Below, piece after piece: positions 27,235-36,384 of a stretch of 64,000 nt of DNA. The notes beneath the pieces are model-generated. The model was not told where the DNA came from, made no database searches, and saw only the letters and a list, made by a program, of their open reading frames with translations. A program made the translations under genes and the position numbers. This DNA comes from Candidatus Berkelbacteria bacterium (lineage in GTDB: Bacteria > Patescibacteriota > UBA1384 > CAILIB01), in assembly GCA_043751595.1 (NCBI GenBank), contig JAYUZR010000042.1, forward strand, positions 270 through 64,269, written 5' to 3'. How positions within the stretch are numbered: position 1 is the stretch's first letter; each line of letters starts with the position of its first letter.

Positions 27235-28893
27235 ATGCTTTTACGACTTCATGTTGAAGAAAAATCGATAGGAACTACCAGTCTCCTCTCCCATTGCACG
27301 CTCGAGCTCACCGCCCGGCGCAAAGTTGGCATACTCGGAAGAAATGGTACGGGCAAAAGTACCCTGCTTCGCCTGCTTTCTGGCGATGATGACCAGTTTT
27401 ATGGTACCCGCCAAACCAAGCCCAATCTTAACTTGTTGATGACGGCCCAGGAGCACGAAGATGTAGCCGATTGGACGGTTTTTGCGTATTTACTGGCTGC
27501 CGTCCCCGAGTACACGCCACTTAAACTGCGGATGCAGCACTTTGAGGCTAACCCCTCACCCACGCTCGATGAGGCCTCCGTATATATTGCTGACGAAGAA
27601 CGCTTTCGTGACCAGGGGTTTTATCAACTAGAATCCAAGGCCGAAGAATATCTAGAAGCCTTTGGTTTACCGGCCAAAAAGTATGCTATCGCCACCATCG
27701 CCAGCCTTTCTGGTGGCCAACGGCGTTTCGTGGAACTCTGTCGCTGCATGCTGAGTGGTGCCGAAGTACTCTTGCTGGATGAACCAACTAATCACATGGA
27801 TAGCTATGCCAAGATTCGGTTTATGGATTGGTTCGCCAACACCGATGCTAGCGTTTGCATGGTTAGTCATGATCGCGATGTGCTGGAGCTAGTAGATGAG
27901 ATTTATGAACTACGCGAAAACAGGCTGGTTCGCTTTATTGGCGGCTATAGCCAGTACCTTCTGCAAAACGCTAATCGCACCCTAAGCGAAGTGCAAGAGT
28001 GGGAGCAGGGTCAGAATAAACTGGCGCGACTTAAGGGCCAGCTGCAAACGGCCCATAACCGAAAGCAAGCAGCTAAATCTGATAAAGGAAGGGATCAGGC
28101 TAAGACCAAAGAGTTGCAGATTACTCGCTCGATTAAGAGCCTGAGTCAGGGACTAGAAAAGCCGGTCTTTTGGATTGATCAAGAAACCTTGGCCGCCGTT
28201 AGCCCCACCGTGCTCGAAGGCTACGAGAAATATAAGGCCAAGAATATTCACATTGCCACGAGTAAGGAGCGCGATGAAGAAGTTACTCTCCTTATTTTGC
28301 GCAAAGTAAGCGCAGGCTGGAACGATACCCTCCTGTTTGAGCCAGTAGATCTTAAGCTCAAGTTTGGCGACCGCGTACGGTTGCTTGGGCGCAACGGTGC
28401 CGGCAAAAGCACGCTACTTAAGGCAATACGCGGTGCCTATGAAGAAGTCTGGGTGCCCAACCTGCACACCGCCGGCACCGTACAGCTGCACGACGATGTA
28501 AGAATTGGTTTTTACTCCCAAGAAACTCCGGTCAATTTGTTTGATTTGCCCCTGCGCGACGCCATCGAACAAATCTATCTAGAAGAAGAGATTCCTATCA
28601 CCACTACCCAGGTCAATTCTCTCCTCGGGAGCTACTTATTTAATCCCTTAGTTGATGGTCATGCGCTGGTGCGCAACCTCTCCGGTGGCCAGCGGGCACG
28701 GTTGCAAATTATTCGGATGCTGGCCAACGAGCCAAATCTACTTATTTTGGATGAGCCAACCAACCACCTCGATCTCCCTTCGATTGAGGAGCTGGAGAGG
28801 GCGCTCACCTCGTTTGGCGGTGCCTTAATCTACGTTTCGCATGATACCCACTTTGCCGCGCGAGTGCCGGCGTTTGAGATAGAAATCCGCTAG
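27235..28893 (+). CDS. ABC-F family ATPase (tandem ABC domains, no TM domain)
   Basis: Two Walker A motifs (GRNGTGKSTLLRL, GRNGAGKSTLLKA) and two signature motifs (LSGGQRRFV, LSGGQRARL). A linker region is typical of translation-factor-type ABC-F proteins. Confidence 0.85.
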   Translation: MLLRLHVEEKSIGTTSLLSHCTLELTARRKVGILGRNGTGKSTLLRLLSGDDDQFYGTRQTKPNLNLLMTAQEHEDVADWTVFAYLLAAVPEYTPLKLRMQHFEANPSPTLDEASVYIADEERFRDQGFYQLESKAEEYLEAFGLPAKKYAIATIASLSGGQRRFVELCRCMLSGAEVLLLDEPTNHMDSYAKIRFMDWFANTDASVCMVSHDRDVLELVDEIYELRENRLVRFIGGYSQYLLQNANRTLSEVQEWEQGQNKLARLKGQLQTAHNRKQAAKSDKGRDQAKTKELQITRSIKSLSQGLEKPVFWIDQETLAAVSPTVLEGYEKYKAKNIHIATSKERDEEVTLLILRKVSAGWNDTLLFEPVDLKLKFGDRVRLLGRNGAGKSTLLKAIRGAYEEVWVPNLHTAGTVQLHDDVRIGFYSQETPVNLFDLPLRDAIEQIYLEEEIPITTTQVNSLLGSYLFNPLVDGHALVRNLSGGQRARLQIIRMLANEPNLLILDEPTNHLDLPSIEELERALTSFGGALIYVSHDTHFAARVPAFEIEIR

Positions 28894-28931
28894 CTTCGCC
28901 TTTTTCATCTTCATGAAATAGAATAAAGGGG

Positions 28932-29969
28932 ATGAAACCCCCAAAAGCACTATGGATAGGAATTGGCCTTGGCGCCTTAGCCTATTTGGTGTGCATGGGA
29001 ATTGCCCTTGCCAGTGGCGTGCAGGTTATTACGCCGGTAGTTGCCGTGCATCCAACAAAAACCAGGCCACTATTACCGCCAAAAACAGGTCCGGTAGCAG
29101 AATCACCCACCGAGGTATTTACCCGGCAAGCACTTGAGTTGGTGGATGAGAAAGGCACGCCGGACGCCATCGCCTTTGTCCAAAAACGCCTTACCGAAGA
29201 CCCAACCCTGGCCCGCAGCTGCCACGGGGTGATGCATGAAATCGGGCACGAAACCCTTGAACACCATACCTACCAAGAGGCCCTAAGCTTTGATACCAAG
29301 GTGTGCGGCTCGGGATATCTGCACGGCATTGTCGAGCGCGCTTTTAGTAAGGAGCCCGACCCCGCTACGGCTTTAGCCAAGTTTTGCACCTCGCGAGATG
29401 GGCGTTGCGTACACGGACTGGGCCACGGCGTACTCCTGCACACTGAGGGTGATATTAGTGAGGCAATTCCTCTTTGCTCCCTACTTACCAGAGAAAGTCG
29501 CTCGTACTGTGCAGAAGGGTTATTTATGGAGCACTTTGGCAAAGATAGCACCGGTAATTTGAAGTTAACCGAAGACGATACCCACTTACTTGATGCCTGT
29601 CACGGGCTACGTAGTCCTTACGCCGATGCCTGCTATTTTTACGGACCAACCAGCTACTTGGGCCGGCATACGGATGATTTTACTGGTGCATTAACCTGGT
29701 GCCGCGCCCTGGGTGGCGGGAGTAATTGCATTCGTGGAGTAGGTAGTCGTGCGATGAAATATCATATTGATGAACCTTCCTATTCGTGGAAGTTGTGTGC
29801 AGGATTATCTAATAGCGAAAAAGGGATTTGTACTGATGGCGCTATTGGCTATCTATTGGTGCACACCGAGAGTTTTCAACCTGCCAAAGACTTTTGCGCC
29901 ACGCTTACTGGCGATGATCGGAGTCTGTGCGATGCTGCCATTTTAAAGCGAAGGCATTGGTTTGATTGA
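28932..29969 (+). CDS. membrane-anchored extracytoplasmic Cys/His-rich repeat protein (unknown function, putative metal-binding)
   Basis: N-terminal TM helix, then five degenerate repeats of about 40 aa with spacing C-x-HG-x-x-H/GH (SCHGVMHEIGHE, RCVHGLGHGVLLH, ACHGLRSPY, CIRGVGSRAMKYH, CTDGAIGYLLVH) and 19 Cys. It includes a HEIGH (HExxH-like) motif. Confidence 0.45.
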   Translation: MKPPKALWIGIGLGALAYLVCMGIALASGVQVITPVVAVHPTKTRPLLPPKTGPVAESPTEVFTRQALELVDEKGTPDAIAFVQKRLTEDPTLARSCHGVMHEIGHETLEHHTYQEALSFDTKVCGSGYLHGIVERAFSKEPDPATALAKFCTSRDGRCVHGLGHGVLLHTEGDISEAIPLCSLLTRESRSYCAEGLFMEHFGKDSTGNLKLTEDDTHLLDACHGLRSPYADACYFYGPTSYLGRHTDDFTGALTWCRALGGGSNCIRGVGSRAMKYHIDEPSYSWKLCAGLSNSEKGICTDGAIGYLLVHTESFQPAKDFCATLTGDDRSLCDAAILKRRHWFD

Positions 29970-30002
29970 TTAGTAGCTCTAGGAGGTCGACAAAAAGAGA
30001 CT

Positions 30003-30013
30003 TTTGTGGTATA
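30003..30013 (+). promoter_or_regulatory. extended -10 promoter element upstream of the GH18 gene
   Basis: tgtggtataag is a TGnTATAAt-like sequence 45 nt upstream of the GH18 ATG. Confidence 0.35.
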
Positions 30014-30057
30014 AGACAGCGTCAACCTCACATTTGAGGACCTGACAGAATTGAGTA

Positions 30058-31080
30058 TTGGACATGAACAAATTGAAGTTTATCTGGCTGGTGGCAGCCC
30101 TGACCCTTTGGGCAGGCACTGCCTTCGCCCAAGTCTTGCCGCCTTCCGGCGGCTTCGTCTCGGGTGGTCAGGGCACTCCGCCCAACCCGCCCAGTCGCCG
30201 CTTTACGCCACCACCAGCTCTCCCGCGTACGCAAGTGCGTGAAGGGTACCTGCCGGCCTACCGGTTTGACTCGGTCAACCTGGCAGAGGTTGGCCGTAAT
30301 TTTGACCGCGTCATCATCTTCTCCGTCGGCCCCACGGCCGAAGGAGAGATCGATCTGACCGGGGTCGGCAACCTCGGGATCGTCAAGCGACTCAAGGATG
30401 CCGGCGTCAAGCAGGTATTTCTGGCGGTTGGCGGGGCGAATCGCTCTTCCAACATGCTGAGCGTCTGCTCGCAGTCGCCGCTCCGCGCGGCCTTCGTCAC
30501 CAACCTTGTTGAACTCTGCAATGCTAGCAACATTGACGGGGTAGACTTGGATTGGGAAGAAGAGACTCCGCAAGCCAAGGCGGCAGCCAAGCCCTATCTG
30601 AACCAACTGATCGTCGATCTCTCCTCCGCCCTACACGGCGTGGGAAAGAAGGTTTCCGCCGCCGTCTCCGATCGGGAGCAACTTACCTCAAGCGCAGTCG
30701 TTGCCCTGGACCTTCTGCATCTGATGCTCTATGAGCAGCGGGCGCAAGAGGGACACAGCACCTTCGACTACGCCGAACGAGAGGTTACCGAGTGGTCGCT
30801 GCGGGTTAGCCCAGTCAAGATATCGTTGGGAGTTCCTTTCTTCGGAAAGAACCTCGCCACCGGTGATGCTAAGACTTACGCCGACCTGGTCGGCATGGTC
30901 AAAGCTGCCGGCAGCGACATCAACTTGGACATGGTCGCCGGGTACTCCTACAACGGACCTGCAACCATCGCGCGGAAGCTGGCATTCGCCAAGTCTCGCG
31001 GACTGGGCGCGGTCTTTGCCTGGGAGATAGGCCAGGATGCACCAGGAGCAGATTCTCTCGGAAAACTCTTCGCGAAATAG
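30058..31080 (+). CDS. secreted glycoside hydrolase family 18 (chitinase-like) protein
   Basis: Signal peptide MNKLKFIWLVAALTLWAGTAFAQ. The GH18 catalytic motif DGVDLDWEE (DxxDxDxE) is at 30535..30561. GC is markedly higher than the rest of the window. Confidence 0.75.
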   Translation: MDMNKLKFIWLVAALTLWAGTAFAQVLPPSGGFVSGGQGTPPNPPSRRFTPPPALPRTQVREGYLPAYRFDSVNLAEVGRNFDRVIIFSVGPTAEGEIDLTGVGNLGIVKRLKDAGVKQVFLAVGGANRSSNMLSVCSQSPLRAAFVTNLVELCNASNIDGVDLDWEEETPQAKAAAKPYLNQLIVDLSSALHGVGKKVSAAVSDREQLTSSAVVALDLLHLMLYEQRAQEGHSTFDYAEREVTEWSLRVSPVKISLGVPFFGKNLATGDAKTYADLVGMVKAAGSDINLDMVAGYSYNGPATIARKLAFAKSRGLGAVFAWEIGQDAPGADSLGKLFAK

Positions 31081-31166
31081 AAAGAAAGGATGGTGATACT
31101 CAAAAGGCCCTCGAGGATTCGGGGGCTTTTTGCTTTTTGTACTTTGTTGGCTATAGGAGCAGGATA

Positions 31167-32106
31167 TTCTCATTAAAAATGCGACTCGCTAAGCTGAAGG
31201 TGTAAGCCAATCAGTAACTAGGAGAGTCGCACGTGAATACTGTAGATCAAATTGAAATAGCCTGGAAGCTATACAGCCGAGGTGTTGGAGTGGGTGAAAT
31301 AGCCTTGAGTCTTTCAGTCCACCGAGCAACGGTATACCGCTGGATTGCTGGCATAAAACGAGCTGGATGCCTTCGCTCTTTCTTAAAGAGATATGCTTCA
31401 GCCAAGAAACGAGCCCGAGTAACCCGGATTCATCCTCATGCAGAGATCTTGCTTAAGGAGCAGCGCAGAAAGACCGGATACTGCGGCCAGAAGCTTGTCT
31501 TCTGGCTCAAGAAAAAGCATGGCATTTCTCTTTCGGTGGCCCATGCATATCGCTTACTTAAAAAGCACTTTGTCTTAAGCTCTAAATGGAGGAAGTGGGT
31601 GAAGAGACCAAAGCTCCCGCAAGTTACCCATCCAAACCAAGTGATTCAGATGGACGGTATCGACTTTGGAGGCATCTGGGTGCATACCTTCGTGGACTGC
31701 TATACCAGAAGAGCCCATGCGGTTGCTGTGTTAGACAAGACGGCAGCATCTGCGGCGTACGCCGCAGAACAGGCGGCTGCAGTGTTCGGGAGTATTCTGT
31801 GGCTGCAGACAGATAACGGGTCTGAGTATGGACCGAGCTTCGATATTCTAACGAAGGGCTGGTATCTAAACCGAAGAAGAATCCACCCAGGATGCTCAAA
31901 CGAGAACGGATTCGTTGAATCCTTCAACCGCACCGTTCGAAAAGAATGCTTAGGCTGGGGAAAGTACCGCCCAGAACAACAGACCAAGGTACAAGCAAGG
32001 CTAAACGCCTTCCTTCTTGAATACCACACCGAGAGACCTCATCTCTCACTTAACTTCCTTACCCCGAATGAGTTCATGCTTAAGTGAGTCGCATTTGACA
32101 TGAGAC
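31167..32106 (+). mobile_element. IS481-family insertion sequence (about 940 bp) with 21-bp imperfect terminal inverted repeats
   Basis: The left TIR ttctcattaaaaatgcgactc (31167..31187) matches the reverse complement of the right TIR gagtcgcatttgacatgagac (32086..32106) at 17 of 21 positions, and the terminal 11 bp are identical. It encloses a single DDE transposase ORF. I see no clear target-site duplication. Confidence 0.7.
31233..32087 (+). CDS. IS481-family DDE transposase (rve integrase core)
   Basis: N-terminal HTH, then an rve core with D (QMDGI), D (LQTDNGSEYG) and E (ESFNRTVRKE) residues at typical spacing. The stop codon overlaps the right TIR. Confidence 0.85.
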   Translation: MNTVDQIEIAWKLYSRGVGVGEIALSLSVHRATVYRWIAGIKRAGCLRSFLKRYASAKKRARVTRIHPHAEILLKEQRRKTGYCGQKLVFWLKKKHGISLSVAHAYRLLKKHFVLSSKWRKWVKRPKLPQVTHPNQVIQMDGIDFGGIWVHTFVDCYTRRAHAVAVLDKTAASAAYAAEQAAAVFGSILWLQTDNGSEYGPSFDILTKGWYLNRRRIHPGCSNENGFVESFNRTVRKECLGWGKYRPEQQTKVQARLNAFLLEYHTERPHLSLNFLTPNEFMLK

Positions 32107-32261
32107 AATCCGGGAGCTTGACATGTCTTAAGAATAGGCGTATAAAGCTCCCTTACGTCCTTTTGGACACGAGAGCTGACCCTCTCGTGAAGGATGGGCG
32201 TAAGGCTCATCCTCTTTGGCGTTTTTCAAAAACGTCATCGCACCTTGAAAGGTCGTATAAA

Positions 32262-32972
32262 ATGAAAACACTCGCTCTTTCCGTCGACGCCAATGGCGCG
32301 CCAGCCTTGCTTCCCACTGGCGAAATCCTGAAGGGCAGCTGGACAGCTGCTCACACCGCTTCCCAAGAGGAAGCCAAAGGCCTCCTCGGTCCCCAGCACG
32401 TTACAGTGCCCCAGACCGAGAAGAAGCTGACCACAGCAGTGAACGCTCCTACGCTTGGAAAACTCGTACCTGCAGAGGTACGGATTTCCCGGGCGGACCA
32501 GGAAAAGTTCACAGCTGCCCAGAAGAACGCCCTCGGCGACCAGAAAGCCGAGAAGTATATTCAAGAGGTTGGGCTCGATGCCCGAACTCTACGAGGGCTA
32601 GCTCTCATGAATATCCTTGGTATATGGATCGGGTACAAGATAGGGGCCTTCGGCCTCATCGTAAATCTGCTCCTTCTCTGGATCACAGCTGGAATCTGGA
32701 AGGATTACACCTTCCGAGTCCTTCGAGAGTGGTTAACACTCTCGAACCAACTCACCCGGGCACAGAGAAACTGGTTTCGAGCCAGTAATCAATGGTGGTA
32801 CTTCAAGTATCTCCTTGTATTTCTCTTCGTCACTCTGGCGGCAAACGGCTACATGCTCTACGGAGCAGGCAGCCAACTCATCAATAAGAACCTCCACCCG
32901 GAGGCTCCAAAGCTGAGCATCGCCAAAAAGTTGCCCGCCGTAAAAAGTGGGCACCACAAAAAACACCGGTAG
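32262..32972 (+). CDS. hypothetical membrane protein adjacent to the IS
   Basis: The start is set at MKTLALSVDANG, as the ORF track begins at 32100 inside the IS right end. It has two to three TM helices and a basic C-terminal tail. No motif recognised. Confidence 0.4.
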   Translation: MKTLALSVDANGAPALLPTGEILKGSWTAAHTASQEEAKGLLGPQHVTVPQTEKKLTTAVNAPTLGKLVPAEVRISRADQEKFTAAQKNALGDQKAEKYIQEVGLDARTLRGLALMNILGIWIGYKIGAFGLIVNLLLLWITAGIWKDYTFRVLREWLTLSNQLTRAQRNWFRASNQWWYFKYLLVFLFVTLAANGYMLYGAGSQLINKNLHPEAPKLSIAKKLPAVKSGHHKKHR

Positions 32973-33001
32973 CGAAAAAGCTACCACCAAAAAGAACAGC
33001 C

Positions 33002-33028
33002 GCCACCCGACCCCGGGTGGCGCTTTTC
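33002..33028 (+). terminator. rho-independent terminator
   Basis: gccaccc gacccc gggtggc followed by gcttttcg. Confidence 0.6.
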
Positions 33029-33036
33029 GTATATAA

Positions 33037-33064
33037 CAAAACAGCCCCTTGCGGGGCTGTTTTT
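33037..33064. terminator. bidirectional rho-independent terminator
   Basis: aaaacagcccc ttgc ggggctgttttt serves the minus-strand LTXXQ gene and backs up the plus-strand terminator. Confidence 0.7.
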
Positions 33065-33090
33065 CGGATTGTAACGAAAGGGCTGCGCGC

Positions 33091-33651
33091 TTACTGGGTC
33101 GTGGTGGTTGATGCCGCCGCAGGATCCCCCATCATCCCCCTGCCCATTCCGCCATGATGACCGCCGCGTCCGCCAGGACCGCCGGCTGGGCGTAGGTAGC
33201 TGATATCGATGCCATTATCGGTTGCCCACTTCTGGAGAGCAGTACGCTCGGCGTCCATAGCTGTTTTCCGTTCGGCATCAGTCTTGCCTTCCATGGCAGT
33301 ATGGTTCGCCTCACGGGAAGCTTGCATCTCGGCCTGCTTAGCAATAATCAGAGCCTTTTGGGCTTCGGTAATTTTGCCATCAGTGACGAGCCCAGAAAGC
33401 CGGGTTTCTTCGGATGCTTTCATCTCGGCAGTGCGCGTTGCTTCTTGAGCAGTGTGCGTGTCATCAACTACTTTTTGCACATCGGTCTTGTTCAGGTTGA
33501 ACTTGCTAACCAGCGCATCGATGAGAGCGCTATCCCGAGTTGTACTAGTGGAAGAAGCAGCAGCGGCAAAGGTGTGGGTAGCACCGATTCCGACCACTCC
33601 AGCCGAGGCGATTGCCAGGGCAATTGCAAGCTGTTTATTGAGCTTAGCCAT
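33091..33651 (-). CDS. secreted LTXXQ-motif protein (CpxP/Spy-like periplasmic stress or metal chaperone family)
   Basis: Signal peptide, a helical repeat body with LTEAQKALIIAKQAEMQ (LTxxQ), and a Gly/His/Met-rich C terminus (GGRGGHHGGMGRGMMG). Confidence 0.5.
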   Translation of the reverse strand: MAKLNKQLAIALAIASAGVVGIGATHTFAAAASSTSTTRDSALIDALVSKFNLNKTDVQKVVDDTHTAQEATRTAEMKASEETRLSGLVTDGKITEAQKALIIAKQAEMQASREANHTAMEGKTDAERKTAMDAERTALQKWATDNGIDISYLRPAGGPGGRGGHHGGMGRGMMGDPAAASTTTTQ

Positions 33652-33718
33652 GTAAGTGACTTACGAATAAGGTTTTGTGACAGTGATCAATTTGTCACAA
33701 AAGTAGTGTACCAACCGC

Positions 33719-34774
33719 CTAGTGAAGACTCTGTGAAGGGTTCGGAAGGATAACAACAACAGATGTACCAACCCCAACTTCGCTCTCTAACTGCACCTTT
33801 CCACCGAGCTGCTCGATGCTGGATTGGACGATGGCAAGACCCAAACCACTACCCCCTGTTTCGCGACTACGTGAAGCTTCTGGCCGATAAAAGCGAGTAA
33901 AGACTTGCCCTACTTCTTCTGGCGCAATACCCATGCCGGTATCTTTTACGGTAATAGTTCGCGCATTCTCTAGCTGAGACGAAGAGACCACTACCTTACC
34001 CTTGGCGTCGGTGTACTGAATAGCGTTTCGCAAAATATTGCTCAGGGCCAAAGCAAGTAACTTGGGTTGAGTAGTAATCTCGCCCTCAGGCTCTTCATCT
34101 AGCAATAGTTCTACTTTTCGTTCGCGGGCCAGTGGCTGAGCAAGCTCTAATTGTTCGTGTAAGAATTCGGCCAACGAAATTACCTCGGCAACGTGGCCGG
34201 ATTGTTCAGTCTTACTGAGAGTAAGTAAGTCGGTAACTAAGCTGCTCATGCGAGAAACTCCCGCCAGAATATCTTGCACTTCTTGTTTGGTGGCCTTGCT
34301 TAGCGAAGGCTCGTCGCGTAAGTTTTGTAACTGGCTGGAAAGTACCGTAAGTGGGGTGCGTAGTTCGTGCGAGGCATCACTAACGAAATTCTTTTGCTTT
34401 TCATATGCCTCGCGAATTGGCCGCAGCGTATAGCCAGCCAACAGATAGCCAGCTCCTCCACCCAACAGTACCAACATGCCATCAACCAAGACCATAGTAT
34501 TACGCAGGTCTTGCAATACTTCGTCTCGACTTGGCACTAAGGCAAACACCCCAGGTGCTACTTGCTCCATCCGGAAGCGACGAGACTCTAGCCGCTGTTG
34601 AATCTGAGTAGAGAACCGAGAGAAAATAGCTCCACTAGAAACTACTAGCGTAATCGCCAAAACCCCAGCATAGAGCAGGGTTAGGACGAGGCGAGCCTGG
34701 TGGAACTGGTCGGTAGAGGGCTTATTATTCAAGGCGATATCCCTTCCCCCAAACAGTGGCGATGCGCTCGGCAT
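33719..34774 (-). CDS. sensor histidine kinase
   Basis: Single TM helix plus a HAMP-like region, an H-box SHELRTPLTVL, and HATPase_c (NAIQYTD, GGSGLGLAIVQS). Confidence 0.85.
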   Translation of the reverse strand: MPSASPLFGGRDIALNNKPSTDQFHQARLVLTLLYAGVLAITLVVSSGAIFSRFSTQIQQRLESRRFRMEQVAPGVFALVPSRDEVLQDLRNTMVLVDGMLVLLGGGAGYLLAGYTLRPIREAYEKQKNFVSDASHELRTPLTVLSSQLQNLRDEPSLSKATKQEVQDILAGVSRMSSLVTDLLTLSKTEQSGHVAEVISLAEFLHEQLELAQPLARERKVELLLDEEPEGEITTQPKLLALALSNILRNAIQYTDAKGKVVVSSSQLENARTITVKDTGMGIAPEEVGQVFTRFYRPEASRSRETGGSGLGLAIVQSSIEQLGGKVQLESEVGVGTSVVVILPNPSQSLH

Positions 34775-35387
34775 AGGCCTTGGGAAGCTTTTTGCGGAGG
34801 TTTTTCATATGAACATCTACCACATTACTAAATGAATCAAAGAAGCGGTCCCACACATGCTCTAATAAATCGTCGCGGGAGACAACTGTGCCTTTATTGC
34901 GCAGTAAATACTCGAGTAAGCCGTATTCGCGCAGCGTAAGTGCTAACACTTCGCCATCGACCGAAACTTTTTGCGAAGCTGGATCTACCTGGAGGCCATC
35001 GAGGGAAAGGACTGACTCCATGGTAAGGGCTGGGCGCCGCATTAGACTGCGAAGCCGAGCAGCAAGTTCGTCAAAATCGAAGGGCTTAGCCAGATAGTCG
35101 TCGCCGCCGCCATCAAGGCCAGCGACTTTATCGGCCACTTCTCCCTTTGCTGTTAAGAATAATACTGGCGTAACCACCCCCGCCTCGCGCAAGTTTTTGC
35201 AGATAGTAAAGCCGTCTCGCCGGGGAAGCATCACATCGAGCACCAGCGCATCGTAGGGATTCATGCGCGCCAAGTTCTCGCCCTCAAGCCCATCGCGCGA
35301 GACATCTACGGTGTACCCGCGGCGGGTGAGGCCGGTTTTAAGCGCATCGGCCAGCGCTGGTTCGTCTTCTACTACGAGTAATCTCAT
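34725..35387 (-). CDS. OmpR-family response regulator
   Basis: Receiver domain (MRLLVVEDEPALA, DALVLDVMLP) plus Trans_reg_C (LTLREYGLLEYLLRN). It overlaps its HK gene. Confidence 0.85.
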   Translation of the reverse strand: MRLLVVEDEPALADALKTGLTRRGYTVDVSRDGLEGENLARMNPYDALVLDVMLPRRDGFTICKNLREAGVVTPVLFLTAKGEVADKVAGLDGGGDDYLAKPFDFDELAARLRSLMRRPALTMESVLSLDGLQVDPASQKVSVDGEVLALTLREYGLLEYLLRNKGTVVSRDDLLEHVWDRFFDSFSNVVDVHMKNLRKKLPKAYAERIATVWGKGYRLE

Positions 35388-35434
35388 GGGCCAATACTAG
35401 CCGAAAAGTGGTGAAGGAGCTGTGAAGATCTTTC

Positions 35435-36349
35435 ATGAACTGCTACGCTCGCTCCATGAAATCTGTTCTGCGCATTCTTAAGAAGTATTTAGGACCACTC
35501 CTCACCTTGGTGGCACTTGGCTTTTTGATTGTTACTTTGGTGCGCGACTGGCCTTTGGTGAAGGGAGCAATCCAGAACGCCGACTGGATGTGGATCGCCA
35601 TCGGTATTATTGGCTACTGGTATTACTTCTTTTTGCGCGGACTGGGCTGGCGCCACACCATCGGGCTTTTTGGCCACAAGCTCCCCACTCTTACCGCCAT
35701 CACCATTTGGAACCACAGTGAAGTGGCTCGCTTTATTCCTGGTAATGTTTGGTCCCTAGTTGGACGAGCCACCCTGGCCGAGCGCGAAGGAGTACCACCT
35801 AAACATACTGCTGCAAGCTTGGTCCTTGAGGCGCTTTTCTTGGTACTTGGCGCTGGGCTTCTTTCCGTAGTTGGCCTCTGGCAGTTTTTTGAGAATAAAG
35901 CCCTTTTTATTGGGATGATTATCCTGCTTGCTATAGGTGCTGGCGCCATCATACCGTGGGCAGCCAAAAAGATCCGTGCCAAGTTCTTTGCTGATGTCCC
36001 CGTTCCTAAGCTAAGCGAGGTAGTTATCGGGTTTTGGCACTATCCGGTTGCTTGGGCGGCCTACGCTCTAGCCTCCTACGCCGTTGCCCTGGCTTTTTAT
36101 CCGCTGGTACCGTTTTGGCTTACGTTAAGCAGCGCCATAACCGCCTGGCTACTAGGCTATCTAAGTCTCATAACCCCAATGGGCCTCGGTGTTCGCGAGG
36201 TGGTTTTTGTTGAGTTGATGAAAAACGCCGTTACGGCACCGATTGCCAATGTTTTAAGTATTACTTCTCGCCTCGTACTCACGATTAGCGAGGTGCTGTT
36301 TTTAGGGTTACTTTGGGTGGTTACTGCCGTTCATAAGAAGGCACGATAG
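35435..36349 (+). CDS. polytopic membrane protein, possibly UPF0104 / lysylphosphatidylglycerol-synthase-TM-like flippase family
   Basis: 304 aa with about 8 TM helices. The family assignment comes from overall architecture only. Confidence 0.35.
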   Translation: MNCYARSMKSVLRILKKYLGPLLTLVALGFLIVTLVRDWPLVKGAIQNADWMWIAIGIIGYWYYFFLRGLGWRHTIGLFGHKLPTLTAITIWNHSEVARFIPGNVWSLVGRATLAEREGVPPKHTAASLVLEALFLVLGAGLLSVVGLWQFFENKALFIGMIILLAIGAGAIIPWAAKKIRAKFFADVPVPKLSEVVIGFWHYPVAWAAYALASYAVALAFYPLVPFWLTLSSAITAWLLGYLSLITPMGLGVREVVFVELMKNAVTAPIANVLSITSRLVLTISEVLFLGLLWVVTAVHKKAR

Positions 36350-36384
36350 TAAAATAGCTGGTTTTTTGCTATATCTAGCCCACC

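Noticed and set aside
30028-30606. 192-aa minus-strand ORF, with additional plus- and minus-strand ORFs at 30164..30358 and 30258..30590, overlapping the GH18 gene
   Set aside because: These are antisense or off-frame to a gene with a clear signal peptide and a GH18 catalytic motif. The long open frames are the expected by-product of the locally high GC, in which stop codons are rare. No motifs were found.
31155-32112. Target-site duplication flanking the IS481-family element
   Set aside because: The flanks (…caggata | IS | aatccgg…) share no 5-6-bp direct repeat, so I do not claim a TSD. The TIR assignment itself is still well supported.
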